DNA from: Promethearchaeota archaeon
Lineage (GTDB): Archaea; Asgardarchaeota; Thorarchaeia; Thorarchaeales; Thorarchaeaceae
Reading direction: 5' to 3'
DNA: 64,000 nt
Assembly (NCBI GenBank): GCA_014728035.1
Contig: WJMJ01000148.1
Span: 64,001-128,000, forward strand
A model generated the notes under the pieces. The model did not search any database. It was not told the origin of the DNA and worked only from the letters and a program-made list of their open reading frames with translations. Positions 8,910 through 18,630 of the stretch are shown here, in pieces (the first letter of the stretch is position 1; each line of letters opens with the position of its first letter). Both the position numbers and the translations under genes were made by a program.

Positions 8910-9671
8910 GTGGCCGATTACGTGATAGAAGCAATCTTCTTTGATGATGGAGGTGTTCTCAATGATAACACACTCCGAACCCCTCAATGGAGAAAACTCA
9001 TCGCAGATTATTTTATCCCCAGATATGGAGGTTCTGTTGAGAGCTGGGCAGAAGCGAACAAACAAGCCGCTGAGGAAATCCTGAAGAGAATGGAAGAAGT
9101 CTATGAGAGTGGTTCTTCTACAATCCCACCCGATTATCACGAAATTGATGATAGAGAATGGCTCGCAGTCATGTTCGATTATCATGAGTTGGAACCCCCC
9201 GAGGATACATCAGCTGAAGCCAGAGCAGCAATAGAATGGATTACAGCTAGAGTGAAGGCGTCATATCCTGGTATTATTCAGGTCATAAATGAATTAGCAC
9301 CGGAGTATACACTGTATACCGCTTCCAATGAGCCAAGATATCGATTAGAGCATTATCTCAGAGGTATGGGGATACTCGAACATTTTGAAGAGTTATTCGG
9401 ATCAGATATTTTACACGCTTTCAAGAATACGACATATTATTTTGAGAAGATTGTGGAGATTACTGATGTGGACCCTGAAACGTCAATCTTCATAGATGAT
9501 AGATTCGATAATCTACTAAAAGCGAGGAATGTAGGATTTCATGTCATTCATTCGGGACTAGCAGGTGACGAAAAAGGAGAATTTCCCTATTTTAGGGAGA
9601 CTTTAGAATTACCGCAGCTTATTCGTTCTCTTGAAGCAAATGATTCCCGCTCCAGATATCGTGAAAATTAG
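8910..9671 (+). CDS. HAD-superfamily hydrolase
   Basis: Motif I FFDDGGVL, motif II TASN, motif IV IFIDDRFDN. Confidence 0.85.
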   Translation: MADYVIEAIFFDDGGVLNDNTLRTPQWRKLIADYFIPRYGGSVESWAEANKQAAEEILKRMEEVYESGSSTIPPDYHEIDDREWLAVMFDYHELEPPEDTSAEARAAIEWITARVKASYPGIIQVINELAPEYTLYTASNEPRYRLEHYLRGMGILEHFEELFGSDILHAFKNTTYYFEKIVEITDVDPETSIFIDDRFDNLLKARNVGFHVIHSGLAGDEKGEFPYFRETLELPQLIRSLEANDSRSRYREN

Positions 9672-10070
9672 AGATATCCGTTGATGAGCATGATATACAA
9701 CTGAGAAGATATCGAATCAGTCTGGGGAACTCGAGAATCGTAGAGATTCTAGAAATCAAAAAAGGTCACTCTCAAAAGAAAGTGAGGAGTACATCTACAA
9801 TATTATGAGGCATAGAAATGAATTAGAAAATATCCCCAGATCAAGAATATTATACAGAATTGGTTTGATAACAAGTCTATCCTCTGTTGTGATTTGGGGC
9901 TGTATAATTTTCATCCTTTATTTCACATTTCAAGGTAACTGGTAATATTGCCAAAATAGTGTTCCAAACGGAATCAATTTCGTTCCATTCTACAGTGAAA
10001 GGGATTCAAAAGGAAGATACCTTAACAGAAAAATCGGGTTTTGTAATCTTTCACTATTTTCAGGATTGAA

Positions 10071-10268
10071 ATGAGAAAAAGAAAAGTATCACTAGGTCAA
10101 GAAACAGATTCAAGGCAATAGTATGCTAACAGTTCTGGTGAAACTCTTCGTAATATCGTACTAAGATTATTTAGGTCTAATTATAATCTATTAGATTTTT
10201 TCGAAGCACTCAAGATGTTAGACGAAGAAAGAGATGGATTTCTCATAGATATTGAATTCCTTTCGTAA
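10071..10268 (+). pseudogene. Degenerate copy of the VapB-type antitoxin
   Basis: MRKRKVSLGQETDSRQ*YANSSGETLRNIVLRLFRSNYNLLDFFEALKMLDEERDGFLIDIE aligns ungapped with the antitoxin at 10450; internal TAG. Confidence 0.75.
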
Positions 10269-10294
10269 TCTGTGACATCACCAGTTAGCTAGAA

Positions 10295-10392
10295 CTATTT
10301 CATCTCAGTGATAAGACTCTGCACCGTTCCTTGGATCATCGTAACTAGCATGAACTTCGCATTAGTAACTCTAATTACTTCACTTTCGATTC
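10295..10392 (-). pseudogene. Displaced duplicate of the asparaginase gene 3' end
   Basis: Minus frame RVTNAKFMLVTMIQGTVQSLITEMK* vs RATNAKAMPVTIIQGTVQSLVTEIK* at the end of 11079..11957. Confidence 0.85.
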
Positions 10393-10449
10393 ATACCAGT
10401 AATTGCACTAAAGTTTATCTTGGAATCCGAGTATGCATTCACGATAGAA

Positions 10450-10662
10450 ATGGTATACAAAAACATCTCACTCAGTGAAGATGCCTATGCAAGATTGAAG
10501 GCTGCAAAGAGAGATGATGAATCATTCAGTGAGGTTGTGCTACGACTACTTGGATCGAATGATGATCTATCAGACCTCTTTGGTGTGATTGAGATGTCCG
10601 ATAAAGAACGAGATGAGCTCCTCAAGGATATTGAGTCTGTATGGGGGACTTGGGATAATTGA
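10450..10662 (+). CDS. vapB: Antitoxin, archaeal VapB-like (COG1753/DUF217-type)
   Basis: KNISLSEDAYARLKAAKRDDESFSEVVLRL; overlaps the downstream PIN gene. Confidence 0.85.
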   Translation: MVYKNISLSEDAYARLKAAKRDDESFSEVVLRLLGSNDDLSDLFGVIEMSDKERDELLKDIESVWGTWDN

Positions 10663-11066
10663 CGAGTATTTGTTTCGATACAGCATTTCTCATAGACTTT
10701 TTGAGAGGGAATAAACAAGCATACTCTTACTATATGAAAACAAGAGGAAAAAGTGTTGTTTTCGCAACAACTTCCATCAATATATTTGAATTATTCAGAG
10801 GAATCGAAAAGCGAGGTAGGAAATCTCAAGACGAGCAAGCAGCTAGAAAATTACTCTCAAGATTGATAATCTGGAATCTCGATTACGACTCAGCAGAATA
10901 TGCTAGTACTATCTTTACTAAACTCGAACGAAAAGGAACACCTATCCCCATCAATGATTGCTTTATGGCAGCAATCGCAGTGAGAAATGGATGTACACAG
11001 ATAGTATCCGAAGATAGGCATTTCGAAAGAATAGAACAGATTACTATGGAAAAATACTTGGAATAA
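10659..11066 (+). CDS. vapC: PIN-domain toxin VapC
   Basis: FDTAFLID, NIFEL, INDCFMAAIA, SEDRHF acidic PIN motifs. Confidence 0.92.
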   Translation: MTSICFDTAFLIDFLRGNKQAYSYYMKTRGKSVVFATTSINIFELFRGIEKRGRKSQDEQAARKLLSRLIIWNLDYDSAEYASTIFTKLERKGTPIPINDCFMAAIAVRNGCTQIVSEDRHFERIEQITMEKYLE

Positions 11067-11078
11067 AATGGTAGTTAT

Positions 11079-11957
11079 CTACTTTATCTCGGTGACAAGA
11101 CTCTGTACCGTTCCTTGAATGATAGTGACAGGCATGGCTTTTGCATTGGTAGCACGACCATGATTTCCCTTTGAATCAATCATAATAATCCCAGCCTCGC
11201 TTCCGGTCTTCTCCTCAAACATTTTCATGCTCTTATCTGCAGCTGCTTGCACATCAAGACCTTGCTCAACATATAGCACTGCGGTTCGACTCATAACAAC
11301 ACGCATGATGTGTTCGCCATACCCAGTAGCACTAGCACCACAGAGCTCGTTCGCATAAGCACCAGCTCCAAAAACAGGTGAATCACCAACTCTACCTGGA
11401 GTCTTCTTTGGAATGCCACCAGTTGAAGATGTACAGGCTATCCTTCCTTTTTCGTCTACAACAACACAACCAACTGTGTCAGCGGTCTCAATGTCATAAC
11501 TGTCAACGTGTACTGGAGGGTCTAGAGACCGTTTATACCGCCTCTCTCGATAGCCCTCAGCTAGCATTCGTTCAAAGAGTACACGTGCGTTTTGCCCAGC
11601 AAAGAAATTGTAATCTGTTTTCTCCATGATGTATCTTGCTAGACTGATGGGATTCTCAACCCCCGCAACTGCAGCCACTGAGCCAAACTGTAATTTCTCA
11701 CCATCTATTATCATGGCATCCAATTCGTGATATCCATCTTTATTCCAACGGCCACCTTTGCCAGCATTAAGTTCACCACAGCTCTCCATATACATCGTAC
11801 ATACTTCAGCTGCATCAAGAGCAGAACCGCCTTTCTCAAGAACCTCAAATCCACATTTAGCAGCTATCTCAACATGCTTCATGCCAATTGGGATACGCTC
11901 ATCTTTCCATTTTCCTGCTCCACCATGAACCATAATTACTGGAAGTTGTTCACTCAC
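11079..11957 (-). CDS. Isoaspartyl peptidase / L-asparaginase (Ntn hydrolase)
   Basis: VHGGAG, NAGKG, ELDAMI, autocleavage DTVG, STGG, GRVGDSP, SATGYGE. Confidence 0.95.
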   Translation of the reverse strand: MSEQLPVIMVHGGAGKWKDERIPIGMKHVEIAAKCGFEVLEKGGSALDAAEVCTMYMESCGELNAGKGGRWNKDGYHELDAMIIDGEKLQFGSVAAVAGVENPISLARYIMEKTDYNFFAGQNARVLFERMLAEGYRERRYKRSLDPPVHVDSYDIETADTVGCVVVDEKGRIACTSSTGGIPKKTPGRVGDSPVFGAGAYANELCGASATGYGEHIMRVVMSRTAVLYVEQGLDVQAAADKSMKMFEEKTGSEAGIIMIDSKGNHGRATNAKAMPVTIIQGTVQSLVTEIK

Positions 11958-12118
11958 CGGATTACCTCGTTTTGAAGAAAATACAACCTGTTCTTATTAG
12001 TTACCATTTCAAGCAAAATAGTAAAAGATTTCATAATACCGAAAATCGATTTCTAAGGTTTGATAACCCCTTACGACACCCTGAAACTTATATACACACT
12101 TTCGAAACAGATAGTAGG

Positions 12119-12202
12119 AACGTCCACAAAGAATGATACTATTGTTTTTTGCAGGCGCAACAGGTCAATTAGCTAGAGGCCACCCTGCCCCAGTTGGACG
12201 TT
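12119..12202 (+). promoter_or_regulatory. Structured 5' leader candidate of the ssDNA-binding protein gene
   Basis: TATA TTATATA at 12088; closing stem AACGTCCA(12119-26)/TGGACGTT(12195-202) with inner GCAGG/CCTGC pairing. Confidence 0.4.
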
Positions 12203-12226
12203 TATGTAGCTTTAGCGTGATTTAGC

Positions 12227-12709
12227 ATGAGTGAAGATACCGAAAGCAGAGAAGTAAATGTTGAAGATTTAGAGCCCAAGATGCGATCCATTTCAATCGA
12301 ATTCAAGGTGATTGATAAGGGCGAACCAAGATTTGTAAAATCTAAGTACGATGGCGAGAGCCATAGAGTTCTTGATGCTATTGTTGGCGATGAGACTGGT
12401 ATTGTTACAATGCCTCTCTGGGATGATAGCATTGAAGAGATGGAGATAGGAAAGACCTATCGCTTAGAGAACGGATTTACAGGCTTGTATAGAAAACAAC
12501 TCCGCCTAAAAATAGGACGCCACAGTGAAGTAAGTACATTGGAAAATGGTGGCGAAATTGATGAAGTAAATCGAGAAACCGATATGTCTGAACAGACTCA
12601 CGGTAGAAAACGTCGTGATTACGGAGGCGGCTATGATATGCGACGAGGCAAATCCCGTGACTCCGACAAACGCGACAAGACTGGATTTCAAGGTTACGGA
12701 TTTAGATAA
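12227..12709 (+). CDS. Single OB-fold ssDNA-binding protein (RPA/SSB-like) with R/G-rich tail
   Basis: VEDLEP...FKVIDKGEPR...VGDETG...LWD...ENGFT...L.IGR OB fold; tail RKRRDYGGGYDMRRG. Confidence 0.88.
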   Translation: MSEDTESREVNVEDLEPKMRSISIEFKVIDKGEPRFVKSKYDGESHRVLDAIVGDETGIVTMPLWDDSIEEMEIGKTYRLENGFTGLYRKQLRLKIGRHSEVSTLENGGEIDEVNRETDMSEQTHGRKRRDYGGGYDMRRGKSRDSDKRDKTGFQGYGFR

Positions 12710-12719
12710 TTTCAATTCC

Positions 12720-12740
12720 GAAAGGGCACTATGCCCTTTC
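12720..12740 (+). terminator. Hairpin + T-tract terminator
   Basis: GAAAGGGCA-cta-TGCCCTTTC then CCCCTTTTCTTTTTT. Confidence 0.65.
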
Positions 12741-12919
12741 TCACCCCTTTCTTTTTTCAAAAAAAAGTTGAACTAACTGGTAATTACAAGTTCGTTCAAT
12801 AAATCATAATATTGCAACTAATAATTCCACCATGATGAATCTGTAGATATTGGAACAAATAATCTAATAACACCAAAGAATTTTCTATGAAAGTATCTAA
12901 TAAGATTCGGTGATGTATT

Positions 12920-15025
12920 TTGAATCAGAAAAGTGCCGCCATAGTAATTGTAATTCTCATCTGTTCTGCTGGATTAAGTATATTCATACTTACAGGTGTA
13001 TTTCAGCCAAAAACCCATCAAGAATCACCATATGTTGGTGACGTGGTAATCCAAGAGGTTTCACCATTTGACCTCGGAGATGGAGAGTTCATTGAACTAC
13101 AATTTCGAACTAATACTACACATATCTTAGAGGGATGGTCGATAACAGATTATGATAGAGAACCTCATCTTCTTCCTCAACTCACTGGATGGAGTTATCT
13201 CGCTATTGTCACCATTTTTTCTGGAGAAGGTTCATCTGATCTCAATGCCACCGATGGACGAGCTACAATCTATCTCAATTTAACTGGTGGCATTCTTGAT
13301 GATGGCGGAGATGAGGTAGGACTGCTGGATAATTCTACTCGAATTGTAGACTTTATCCGATACACTGGTGGAAACTCTGATATTGTTGAACTTACTTGGC
13401 CTAGTACTGATAACGGTCCATCACCTGTGGATACGTATGAATCTGCACAGCTATTTGGTCCATCAACTCATTCCTCTGATAATTGGGCGAATGCAAACGA
13501 AACACCAAATGCATTGAATGCCCTTCCATTTACTACACAAGATAACATTGATGTTATTCTAGTCAATGGTGTAGATGATATCTTAGCAGGTGAAATCATT
13601 CAAGCTGCTGGGCCGCATGTGGTCCGTCGTTATCCTGGAGTCAATCTGTCAATTTGCCGTGAGATCCATGAGATGGTTGATTTCACAATACATCTTCTTC
13701 TTGATGAAGGTTACTTTGGACCAGCTCGAGCTTCAGATGGACGCCTCTATGTAGATGTAGCAAAGAGCAATGAAAACGCATCAACAGGGTTTGCTTCAGT
13801 TGATGGGAGAATCAGAATATGGATTGGAGCTATAGCTGATAAAGTTGAATTGAAAGCAACTGTTGAGCATGAAGTTGCTCACATGTTCCAGTTTGCATAT
13901 CGAGAACGCAGCGATAACGACCTCCAGAGACATTATGGATACCCAGCAGATGAAAACAACTGGTGGAATGAAGGATTTGCAGATTACTGGGGTGTCGAAA
14001 GTGCAAAGAGAAACTACAATAAAACGACTGAAGAGGTTCATGCAGCTCGAAGGGCAACAGGAAGTTCTAACTGGTGGGATCATGGTAGAGATACTAATAC
14101 TTCAATATTCTACAACTGGTCTCAAGAATCTGGATGGGATAGATATCAGATTGTGTATCAATTCATGAAGTTTCTCATGGAAGAATACGGAGCTGAGAAT
14201 GTTTCTGCTATCTATCATGGTATCTGGTATGATGGACCGAACTCGATTGATAATGTTGATGCCCGTGAAGCTTTGGAAGAAAAACTTGGGAAGACTATGG
14301 ACCAAATCCTCGCAGAGTTTTACTTATGGAAAATTCTTGATAGAGAAGATGGGGATATTCCTCATTCTCGAATACATTTCAATTTCACAATCTCAGATGA
14401 GCATACTTCAGAATCAGTTGAAGAAACCACATATCCTGGAGGTGCTCTTGTTCAGAGAGTAATTGTGAATGGTTCATATCCAATACACATTCGATTTGGA
14501 GGAGTTGAGAATTGGACAATAACGGGATTCATGAATAACACCGATGAGTCGATAACAAACTTCACAATCAACACAGCAGAAGAGATTGTGGTAAATCCTG
14601 AAGAGGTTCGAGAAATCACAATAATCAAGATTCGTGGAATGAATAGTGAGAATGACACAATCACATTTACCGTTGAACAAGAGAGATCTACTGTGGAGTC
14701 TGCTGAAATGATATCTGGAAACTCGACCGTAAACGGATATCTCCCTTATGGAACACCTGATGGAAGTCAGTGGTTCATGTTATATCTAGAAGCTGGAGGT
14801 GTCTTGAACATCACTATGTATGCTGAAGGGGCAGATGTAGATTTTATTGCAATAATATATCCTGAAGATCAGATGTATGCGTCAGCTGGTGAATTCTTTG
14901 GATATAGTCCTGGAGAGTTCCCCAGGTCGCTTAGTCTGGCTTCCGGAAAGAGTTGCTATTGGTACATACATGTACTTCCTCAAGATACAACGGGATACTA
15001 CACCATGGAGGTAGAGTTTTTCTAG
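12920..15025 (+). CDS. Membrane-anchored/secreted lamin-tail-domain + HEXXH zinc metallopeptidase
   Basis: N-terminal TM; LTD signature VVIQEV...EFIEL...GWSITD...GDEVGL...TPN; HEVAH plus downstream WWNEGFADY (gluzincin-type); C-terminal beta domain. Confidence 0.75.
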   Translation: MNQKSAAIVIVILICSAGLSIFILTGVFQPKTHQESPYVGDVVIQEVSPFDLGDGEFIELQFRTNTTHILEGWSITDYDREPHLLPQLTGWSYLAIVTIFSGEGSSDLNATDGRATIYLNLTGGILDDGGDEVGLLDNSTRIVDFIRYTGGNSDIVELTWPSTDNGPSPVDTYESAQLFGPSTHSSDNWANANETPNALNALPFTTQDNIDVILVNGVDDILAGEIIQAAGPHVVRRYPGVNLSICREIHEMVDFTIHLLLDEGYFGPARASDGRLYVDVAKSNENASTGFASVDGRIRIWIGAIADKVELKATVEHEVAHMFQFAYRERSDNDLQRHYGYPADENNWWNEGFADYWGVESAKRNYNKTTEEVHAARRATGSSNWWDHGRDTNTSIFYNWSQESGWDRYQIVYQFMKFLMEEYGAENVSAIYHGIWYDGPNSIDNVDAREALEEKLGKTMDQILAEFYLWKILDREDGDIPHSRIHFNFTISDEHTSESVEETTYPGGALVQRVIVNGSYPIHIRFGGVENWTITGFMNNTDESITNFTINTAEEIVVNPEEVREITIIKIRGMNSENDTITFTVEQERSTVESAEMISGNSTVNGYLPYGTPDGSQWFMLYLEAGGVLNITMYAEGADVDFIAIIYPEDQMYASAGEFFGYSPGEFPRSLSLASGKSCYWYIHVLPQDTTGYYTMEVEFF

Positions 15026-15231
15026 AAGTGACTCTTGATGTAAATACAACATATGATAGTATCAACAACAGTCAAAGCAGCATAAACTCCGATAACTGCA
15101 TCTGTGCTGTGAAATGAGGAATGTACCTAAAACAAAGTTTGTATCCTGTTTAGGTATTGAGAATGAAATTTAGTTTCGTAATGTTGGGATACTATGAACA
15201 TGGTGTGATTCAATATACATGAAATATTGCT

Positions 15232-15419
15232 ACTGTTCTATGCTCAATGGACGATATTTGATATCCGAACATTGTCCGTCCAGAAAGGTACTAGAGCTGG
15301 CTTGATTCTGATTGGAGATTCTGTGTCTTTTAGCCAAATCTTCATCCTGTTTGAGTCTCTATAGGATCCATTCATATCTTGTCCCAAAATATCCAGGTTT
15401 TCGACAGCTGTTTACAACT
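15232..15419 (-). mobile_element. 186-bp element, degenerate copy B (185-bp spacing, AGT core)
   Basis: Aligns along its length with the other copies (e.g. TTGTCCGTCCAGAAA, TTCATCCTGT); bounded by ACT at 15232-34 and 15417-19. Confidence 0.75.
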
Positions 15420-15510
15420 CATCAGATGGAGCTATACTATAGTGATTGTGGTTAAAAAACTTGAATTACACTCTCAATCAACATAATTAGTATCCAAAAA
15501 AAGAATAGAA

Positions 15511-15699
15511 ACCGTTCATTTTTAGTTGGACAAACTTAGACACCCGAGCTTTGTTCGTCCAGAAACGGTACTGGAACTGGCTCGGTCCTGGTCAGGGAAT
15601 GTGTGTCTTTAGACCAAATCTCTATTCCAGATCACTCCATATAAACTCCTATCAGATCTTGTCCAACAATGTCCAAGTTTTCAGTAGCTGATTGCTACC
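15511..15699 (-). mobile_element. 186-bp element, copy C, inserted in a terminator hairpin
   Basis: ACC at 15511-13 and 15697-99; removal restores GAGACCCC-TTCG-GGGGTTTC-TATTCTTTTTTT on the minus strand. Confidence 0.9.
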
Positions 15700-15716
15700 C
15701 CCGAAGGGGTCTCAAT

Positions 15717-18437
15717 CTATTTGTTTCGTTTTAGTTTACCAGTATAATACAGAATAAACACTACGATTGTTATCGCACCGATTCCACCAATAGCTAGCCC
15801 AATTACGAGCAGAGTCGAATCATCGGGTGGTGGTAAAACGGTCACTATGACAGAATCAGAAATACTGTTTCCTGAAGTATCATAGAGAGTTAGCTTGACA
15901 ATGTAAGTTCCTGGTTCAAAATCTGTTACATCAAATCGGATAGATTGACCGATCCAATCACCACTTGCTGACACAGTATCGTTTACTGTTATTGTATATC
16001 TAGACGGAAGTAGATCATCACCCTGCCATGTAATATTCATATCTTCAGTTCCTTGAATAAATTCTAAATTCTCTGGTGAGTTGATTGTCGGATTTGTGCT
16101 ATCCCCAACAATTACCCAAGTGGTTGCAGATATGCCATTTCCACTCTGGTCTTCAAGATACAAGGTCACATTGTAAATGCCAATAGGTCTATCAAATGGA
16201 ATGAGTGTTCCAATATTTCCCGCAAATACTCCATTCACGACTTGTGAACCATTAACGAATACGAGGAATAAACCAGGTGTATCCCATGTGTCATCAGGTG
16301 TCATATTGAAACTGACACTTGGGTTCAATGCACCATACTCTATGTACAGATTATCAAGGGATTCAATTGAAGGAGCTAAGGTATCTACAACTGTAACAAT
16401 TACAGTATCAAAATCATAGTTCATATCAGCATCCCAGACGACTACAGTGAAGTTATGTTCACCTAAGGACAGTCCATCAACAGAGTAATTGATCCAGTCA
16501 GAATAACTGAAGGTGTTGATGACAGTATCATCTAGATACATCTCTGCATCAACTGGATTATCCTCATTAACGCTCCAATTACAGAAATGCCCAGATGTTC
16601 CAACTTCATAACTAAAATCTAAAGGTTCGCTTAGAAGAGGGCTAATTGGATCCGTAACATCAATCCAAACTGTATCAGTGACTGTATGTCCATACGTATC
16701 GTTTATCCAAATAGTCAAGTTATGTGGACCGGGATAGAAATCTACAGACTCTGAGATATTTGTAGTTGAAGTCCATTCTCCACTAGCAATCTCAATCTCA
16801 TTATCATAGAGAAGGTAACTATCTGGATGCTCATCAGTAACGTTCCATTGATAATTGTGAGTGAATTGATATTGAACTGTTTCATTCGTGGGGCCTGCAA
16901 TTATAGTGGGTGGTTCATAGTCAACATCGTTCACTGTTACCAAGACGGTATCTGAAGCGGTATTGTTGTAGAGGTCTTTGAAGACCACTGTAAAGTTCTT
17001 TACTCCCGGTTCTATCGAGTAAGCTTCAATCTCGAAGATATATTCATTCATCATATGACCCGTATCATAGATAGCATAATCAACATATAGAGTATAATTC
17101 ACCGGGAATAATTCATCAATGACCCAATGAATAATTCGATCAGTTTCATCTTCATCCATGGAAAAGTCAGATGGCTGATTCGGAATAGGTGCAGCAACTT
17201 CCCCTGGAAAAGAAGATGCAAAATTATCAACTGCCCCAGAGGGTCCAGGAATTGCATAGGGTTCTACTACAGCATTACTCCATTGGTTTCCCAAAGCAGA
17301 GAAGTCCCATACTGAAATGTCTCCACCTGTTCCCCCATTGTCATATCCATTCTCTACATCATTGAACAGTAGATGATTGCTGTAGATTCTATTTGAACTT
17401 GATATTGGGCCGTTGTATATTCCATGATCATTAAGGTATACTTTGTTTGTGTGAATTAGAGTTGAATTGGTGTTATCCAGTGAAATTCCATATCCCTCAC
17501 AACTATGAACATAGTTCCAAGTCACTATACATACTTCACTTTCAAATACATGGATACCATTATCTTCCGAATTGAATACGTTGTTATAGGTAACATTGAC
17601 GTGTAATCCTTCGGTAACGTAAATCCCTTGCATGTACACGTTGGATACATTGTTACTCAAAATCAATGAATCAGTTGAAGTACTACATCGTATCCCATAA
17701 CCACCACTGCCTTCAATTCTATTATTAGAAATCGTACAATTTGGACTTTTGATGTAGATGCCTCCCGAAGAGGTGTCACGGATGATGTTATCTGTAATTG
17801 TAATATGATTAGAGGTTAACCCAGATTCGTAGATTCCGTAAAGGGCATTCTCAATATTGTTATCATGGAATATACAATTCGTGCTAGAAACAAGAAACAT
17901 ACCGTAAGATGAATCTGAAAATCGGTTTATGGATACATTGACCTCATTGCATGATTGCAGATACACACCGCTACTACTAGAGGTGATTTCATTATCCACT
18001 ATAACTGTTTTATTTGAATCAATCAATTCTACAGCCCATTGGGTAACTTCAAAAACAGATCCCTCTATATGACCATTGGTTGAATTCCGTACCTCCAGTC
18101 CATCTCCTAGAGTAACAAAATCACAATCAACAATTTTCCAGTATGCTGATTGATTCACGATCTTTATACAAGGACCTCCACTATGAACAAAGTCCAAGCC
18201 TTCAATGGTATAGGGAGCTCCTTCTGTTCCGGACCCTGTAAATCCATAATCAGTAAAATTGGCTTCGTATTCGATTAACCAATATGGCGTTATAGGGCCA
18301 GCAGATAATTCTACAATTTCCTTAGTAAGAATTCCATCCTGTTCTAAAGTAGAAATAAGGGGCGTCGAATTCCCACATATGGAAGTAACTAGAATAGTGG
18401 TGAACATAACCACTAGCACTTTCTCTAGGTGACGCAT
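15717..18437 (-). CDS. Surface protein: parallel beta-helix (NosD/pectin-lyase-like) repeats + Ig-like repeats + C-terminal TM anchor
   Basis: Signal peptide; GF.GSGT..PY..EG cap; (I..N.I....YGI) repeats; D..GN...D.V.V.V.D...P repeats; TM plus basic tail. Confidence 0.85.
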   Translation of the reverse strand: MRHLEKVLVVMFTTILVTSICGNSTPLISTLEQDGILTKEIVELSAGPITPYWLIEYEANFTDYGFTGSGTEGAPYTIEGLDFVHSGGPCIKIVNQSAYWKIVDCDFVTLGDGLEVRNSTNGHIEGSVFEVTQWAVELIDSNKTVIVDNEITSSSSGVYLQSCNEVNVSINRFSDSSYGMFLVSSTNCIFHDNNIENALYGIYESGLTSNHITITDNIIRDTSSGGIYIKSPNCTISNNRIEGSGGYGIRCSTSTDSLILSNNVSNVYMQGIYVTEGLHVNVTYNNVFNSEDNGIHVFESEVCIVTWNYVHSCEGYGISLDNTNSTLIHTNKVYLNDHGIYNGPISSSNRIYSNHLLFNDVENGYDNGGTGGDISVWDFSALGNQWSNAVVEPYAIPGPSGAVDNFASSFPGEVAAPIPNQPSDFSMDEDETDRIIHWVIDELFPVNYTLYVDYAIYDTGHMMNEYIFEIEAYSIEPGVKNFTVVFKDLYNNTASDTVLVTVNDVDYEPPTIIAGPTNETVQYQFTHNYQWNVTDEHPDSYLLYDNEIEIASGEWTSTTNISESVDFYPGPHNLTIWINDTYGHTVTDTVWIDVTDPISPLLSEPLDFSYEVGTSGHFCNWSVNEDNPVDAEMYLDDTVINTFSYSDWINYSVDGLSLGEHNFTVVVWDADMNYDFDTVIVTVVDTLAPSIESLDNLYIEYGALNPSVSFNMTPDDTWDTPGLFLVFVNGSQVVNGVFAGNIGTLIPFDRPIGIYNVTLYLEDQSGNGISATTWVIVGDSTNPTINSPENLEFIQGTEDMNITWQGDDLLPSRYTITVNDTVSASGDWIGQSIRFDVTDFEPGTYIVKLTLYDTSGNSISDSVIVTVLPPPDDSTLLVIGLAIGGIGAITIVVFILYYTGKLKRNK

Positions 18438-18630
18438 ATGCTCTCCATCCTAAATTTAGGTTTTTACAAAAATAGATTCAATCGCTTATAATCTCTTTTG
18501 ATAGTTAGAATTTCTCATTCATTTGCAAAATTAACTCGGTATGAAGGGCCTTTTGAATCGATCTGAATAATACACAGTTGTGATAAAATAGAAAAATTCA
18601 GACAGTTTAAGTAATGGTTTTGATACGTAA

